A stretch of 32,028 bases of DNA from a virus (lineage: Duplodnaviria; Heunggongvirae; Uroviricota; Caudoviricetes): the IMG/VR virus record IMGVR_UViG_2534681701_000015. One strand, given 5' to 3'. Under the pieces are notes generated by a model, which was not told the DNA's origin, ran no database searches, and saw only the letters and a program-made list of their open reading frames with translations. Below are positions 28,921 through 32,028 of this stretch, piece by piece. Position numbers and translations under genes: made by a program. Position 1 is the first letter of the stretch; each line of letters opens with the position of its first letter.

Positions 28921-29188
28921 TCCCTTTTCCCGGCTGGCAGCGCGTATGGATGCGATCACGGTCAGAAAGATGGGAAAGACAGCCTCGATTAATGATGTCG
29001 ATATGGCTGTGATCCCGGGCGAAACACTGGCAGAGCTGAATGCTCTGTCCGGACCTGCGGTCTCTCTGGTGGTGTTTTCTTCGGGATACCGCCCACGGCG
29101 CGGGGATCGCGTTGTTTATGACGGACAACAATGGACGGTCACACGGCATGAACGTTTTAACGGTAAGCCAATGATCTTTATTGAGTAA
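28913..29188 (+). CDS. Head-tail connector protein, FII-like
   Basis: 91 aa; PRRGDRVVYDGQQWTV resembles the lambda FII C-terminal region. Confidence 0.45.
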   Translation: MSDPFSRLAARMDAITVRKMGKTASINDVDMAVIPGETLAELNALSGPAVSLVVFSSGYRPRRGDRVVYDGQQWTVTRHERFNGKPMIFIE

Positions 29189-29199
29189 AGAGGTGTGGG

Positions 29200-29778
29200 A
29201 TGAAGGGGCTTGAGAATGCCATCCGCAATCTGAACAGCCTTGATACCCGTATGGTGCCACAGGCCAGCGCATGGGCGATAAACCGTGTGGCACAGAAAGC
29301 GGTCTCGGTTGCCACCCGGCAGGTTGCCGGGAATACCGTTGCGGGAGATAACCAGGTGAAAGGGATCCCCCTGAAACTGGTACGTCAGCGTGTCCGGGTG
29401 TTTAAAGCCAGTCCGTCAGGAAAAATGACGGCCAGGATCCGCGTTAACCGGGGCAATCTTCCCGCCATTAAGCTGGGGACAGCCCGGGTCAGACTAGCCC
29501 GGCGTGGTGGAAAACTGCAGTACCGTGGCAGTGTGCTGAAGGTGGGTAAATATCTTTTCCGGGATGCGTTTATTCAGCAACTGGCGAATGGTCGCTGGCA
29601 TGTGATGCGGCGTATTGATGGCAAAAATCGTTACCCCATTGATGTGGTGAAAATCCCGCTTTCCGGACCGCTGACACAGGCATTTGAAGATGCCCGCGAC
29701 CGCATCATTGCTGCGGAAATGCCGAAACAGCTGGGGTATGCACTGAAACAACAACTGAGGTTATGGCTGACCCGATGA
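29200..29778 (+). CDS. Z: Minor tail / tail completion protein, gpZ-like
   Basis: 192 aa at the lambda Z position and of the same size. Confidence 0.55.
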   Translation: MKGLENAIRNLNSLDTRMVPQASAWAINRVAQKAVSVATRQVAGNTVAGDNQVKGIPLKLVRQRVRVFKASPSGKMTARIRVNRGNLPAIKLGTARVRLARRGGKLQYRGSVLKVGKYLFRDAFIQQLANGRWHVMRRIDGKNRYPIDVVKIPLSGPLTQAFEDARDRIIAAEMPKQLGYALKQQLRLWLTR

Positions 29779-30176
29779 ACCGACATACACAAATCCGCCA
29801 GGCCGTACTGGCACGCCTTCGGGAACAGTGTGGAGACAGCGCCACGTTTTTTGACGGGCTTCCGGCATTTATTGATGCGCAGGAACTGCCTGCCGTGGCG
29901 GTGTGGCTGAGTGATGCTCAGTACACCGGAAAAATGACGGATGAAGATGACTGGCAGGCTGTTCTGCATATTGCTGTCTTCATCCGGGCACAGGCACCGG
30001 ATTCAGAGCTGGATATGTGGATGGAGAGCACCATTTTCCCGGCCCTGAATGATATACCGGCACTTTCCGGACTCATCGACCCCCTGATCCCTCTCGGTTT
30101 TAACTATCAACGTGATAATGAGATGGCCACCTGGGCGATGGCGGAAATCACGTACCAGATCACGTACACGAATTAA
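29775..30176 (+). CDS. U: Tail terminator protein, gpU-like
   Basis: ATFFDGLPAFIDAQELPAVAVWLSDAQYTGKMTDEDDWQAVLHIAVFIRAQAPDSELDMWMEST aligns by eye with lambda U. Confidence 0.85.
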   Translation: MNRHTQIRQAVLARLREQCGDSATFFDGLPAFIDAQELPAVAVWLSDAQYTGKMTDEDDWQAVLHIAVFIRAQAPDSELDMWMESTIFPALNDIPALSGLIDPLIPLGFNYQRDNEMATWAMAEITYQITYTN

Positions 30177-30187
30177 AGGAGGTGGCA

Positions 30188-30931
30188 ATGACCACACCAA
30201 ATCCACTGGCAAAAACGAAAGGTGCGGGAACGACGTTCTGGATGTACACCGGCAAGGGCGATGCGTTTGCGAACCCTTTATCGGACACTGACTGGCTGCG
30301 TCTTGCGATGGTGAAGGATCTGCAACCTGGCGAAATGACCGCTGATGCAGAAGATGACTCTTATCTCGATGATGAAGATGCAGACTGGAAAACGACAACC
30401 CAGGGGCAGAAATCCGTCGGTGATACTTCGGCGACGCTGGCCTGGCGTCCGGGTGACAGCGGGCAGAAAAAACTGGTTCAGTTGTTCGACTCCGGTGAAG
30501 TCTGCGCGTTTCGTATCAAATATCCCAACGGCACTGTTGATGTTTTCCGTGGCTGGCTGAGCTCACTGGGTAAAACCATTGCCTCAAAAGACGTGATGAC
30601 CCGTACAGTGAAAATCAGCGGTGTGGGGCGTCCGTATCTGGCAGAGGAAGGCACTGAAACAGTGAGCGTTACCGGGCTGACGGTGGCACCGGCATCTGCC
30701 AGTGTAAAAGTGGGAGCAACCACCACGCTGACCTTTACAGTAAAACCTGACGGAGCCAGTGACAAAGCGATCAGTGTGCATTCGACAGATCCACAGACTG
30801 CCACGGTGACCCTGAACGGGCTTGTGGCCACGGTGAAAGGCGTGAAGCAGGGCAGTGTCAGCATTGTGGGCATGACTTCTGACGGCGATTTTGTGGCAGT
30901 GGCTGCGGTGGCTGTCAGCGCCGCAGGTTAA
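30188..30931 (+). CDS. V: Major tail protein, gpV-like, with C-terminal Ig-like domain
   Basis: PNPLAKTKGAGTTFWMY...DSYLDDEDADWKTTTQGQKSVGDTS...NGTVDVFRGW is very close to lambda V; SD AAGGAGG. Confidence 0.9.
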   Translation: MTTPNPLAKTKGAGTTFWMYTGKGDAFANPLSDTDWLRLAMVKDLQPGEMTADAEDDSYLDDEDADWKTTTQGQKSVGDTSATLAWRPGDSGQKKLVQLFDSGEVCAFRIKYPNGTVDVFRGWLSSLGKTIASKDVMTRTVKISGVGRPYLAEEGTETVSVTGLTVAPASASVKVGATTTLTFTVKPDGASDKAISVHSTDPQTATVTLNGLVATVKGVKQGSVSIVGMTSDGDFVAVAAVAVSAAG

Positions 30932-30951
30932 CAGGACGATACTCATCATTT

Positions 30952-30975
30952 GCCCCGGTTATCCGGGGCTTTTTT
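30952..30975 (+). terminator. Strong intrinsic terminator between V and G
   Basis: GCCCCGG-TTAT-CCGGGGC followed by T6. Confidence 0.6.
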
Positions 30976-30991
30976 GCAGGTGGAGAACATG

Positions 30992-31378
30992 ATGTTTCTG
31001 AAACAGGGCACGTTTAATTATGAAAAGCAGTCCGTGGTGCTCAGTGAGCTGTCCGGGCTGCAGAGAATTGAATATCTGGCGTTTGTTCAGCAGCGAACGG
31101 CAAAGTTTGATGCCGAAGAGGGAGAACTGCCGGAGGCTGAACGACAGATTGCTTTTCTGCGGATGGGGATGGATATCAATGCCTGGCTGGTTTCCCGCTC
31201 ACTGTGGAATGCGGAACAGTCTCAGGATGTTGAGACGCTTTGCGCATCCGTTATTACAACATGGTCGTATGATGCCCTGGGAGCGGGGGCGGAGATGGTT
31301 CTGTCGCTGAGCGGTATGGGAGCCATTGAGAATGCCGGGGATTTGGAGCATGAGGTGCTGACGCCGGAAAAGTCCTGA
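30992..31378 (+). CDS. G: Tail assembly chaperone gpG
   Basis: MFLKQGTFNYEKQSVVLSELSGLQRIEYLAF resembles lambda G; stop at 31376-31378. Confidence 0.8.
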   Translation: MFLKQGTFNYEKQSVVLSELSGLQRIEYLAFVQQRTAKFDAEEGELPEAERQIAFLRMGMDINAWLVSRSLWNAEQSQDVETLCASVITTWSYDALGAGAEMVLSLSGMGAIENAGDLEHEVLTPEKS

Positions 31379-31614
31379 CGCGGGAAATGCAGTTTGTCAT
31401 GCGGCTTGCCCGGGAGTTCCGGCGGGCAGACTGGCGGCGGATGCTGTCGGAAATGTCAGCCACTGAGCTTGGTGAGTGGGGCGATTATTTCCGGATGCAG
31501 AGCTTCAGTGATGTGTGGATGGATGCGCAGTTTGCCTCGCTGAAGGCATTGATCGTGAGAATGGTGTCCGGCAGCAGTGATGCTGCGGTGGCTGATTTCA
31601 GCCTTTTACCGTAA
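30992..31614 (+). pseudogene. gpG-T frameshift product; T portion truncated by the IS66-family insertion
   Basis: The -1 frame is open from before the G stop (A-rich slip region 31366-31372) to a TAA at 31612-31614 that belongs to the IS terminus GTAAGCG; T-specific part about 80 aa versus about 140 in lambda. Confidence 0.6.
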
Positions 31615-32028
31615 GCGTGCAGCAAGAACCGTATTGACGGGGATGTGTTATTCAGTCGGCAGTGCTACGCGCCAGGGGAGCAGTTCGCCGACCCGGTTTA
31701 TCGGCCAGTCGGCTATGACGTCAAGGACATAGCGGAGGTAGCTTTCTGGCTCCACTCCGTTCAGTTTGCACGTCCCGATCAGGCTGTACAGCAGCGCTCC
31801 CCGCTCTCCTCCATGATCCGAACCGAAGAACAGGTAGTTTTTGCGGCCCAGACTGACCATCCGCAACGCATTTTCAGCGATGTTATTGTCCGCCTCAGCC
31901 CAGCCATCATCTGCATAGTACGTCAGCGCCAGCCACTGGTTCAGGGCGTATGCGAACGCTTTCGCCAGTTCTGAGTGTCGCGACAGGGTTTTCATCTTTT
32001 CACGCAGCCAGCTTTCCAGGGATTTCAG
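31611..32028 (-). mobile_element. IS66-family insertion sequence, partial (terminus and transposase C-terminus; continues beyond the window)
   Basis: Terminus GTAAGCGTGCAGCAAGAACCG at 31611; adjacent ORF has the IS66 transposase C-terminal region. Confidence 0.7.
31648..32028 (-). CDS. IS66-family transposase, C-terminal part (partial CDS, N-terminus outside the window)
   Basis: ...NYLFFGSDHGGERGALLYSLIGTCKLNGVEPESYLRYVLDVIADWPINRVGELLPWRV. Confidence 0.75.
   Translation of the reverse strand: MKSLESWLREKMKTLSRHSELAKAFAYALNQWLALTYYADDGWAEADNNIAENALRMVSLGRKNYLFFGSDHGGERGALLYSLIGTCKLNGVEPESYLRYVLDVIADWPINRVGELLPWRVALPTE

Overview
The window is almost entirely one lambdoid prophage (P4-type integrase, phage-21-type lysis cassette, lambda-like cos packaging and head/tail genes), read from its integrase end into the tail region. 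Order: int (1-1224) | AT-rich two-gene cargo module on the minus strand (1396-2956) | early-left operon on the minus strand (Xis/AlpA-like HTH, DUF551, HD hydrolase, a DUF2303/YfdQ-like gene split into three pieces by IS100 and IS2) | immunity region (cI, operators, cro, CII-like) | Rha, O-like initiator with internal iterons, PerC-like regulator, Dam-type methyltransferase, LexA-DBD-only protein, RusA, KilA-N, DUF968, Q | antisense lipoprotein moron | four tRNA genes with their own promoter | S21-type pinholin, two inserted convergent ORFs, SAR endolysin, Rz/Rz1 | cos | terS, terL, W, portal, protease-scaffold-capsid fusion, head completion genes, Z, U, V, G and G-T | an IS66-family element that truncates the T portion at the window end. 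The prophage is probably defective: three IS insertions and three apparent -1 frame breaks at homopolymer runs (which may instead be sequencing errors). The best candidate for an undescribed or unannotated system is the integrase-adjacent AT-rich module (multi-TM membrane protein plus a 301-aa protein), followed by the two-ORF insert between holin and endolysin. All calls are from reading the sequence and recalled family knowledge; no database search was run.
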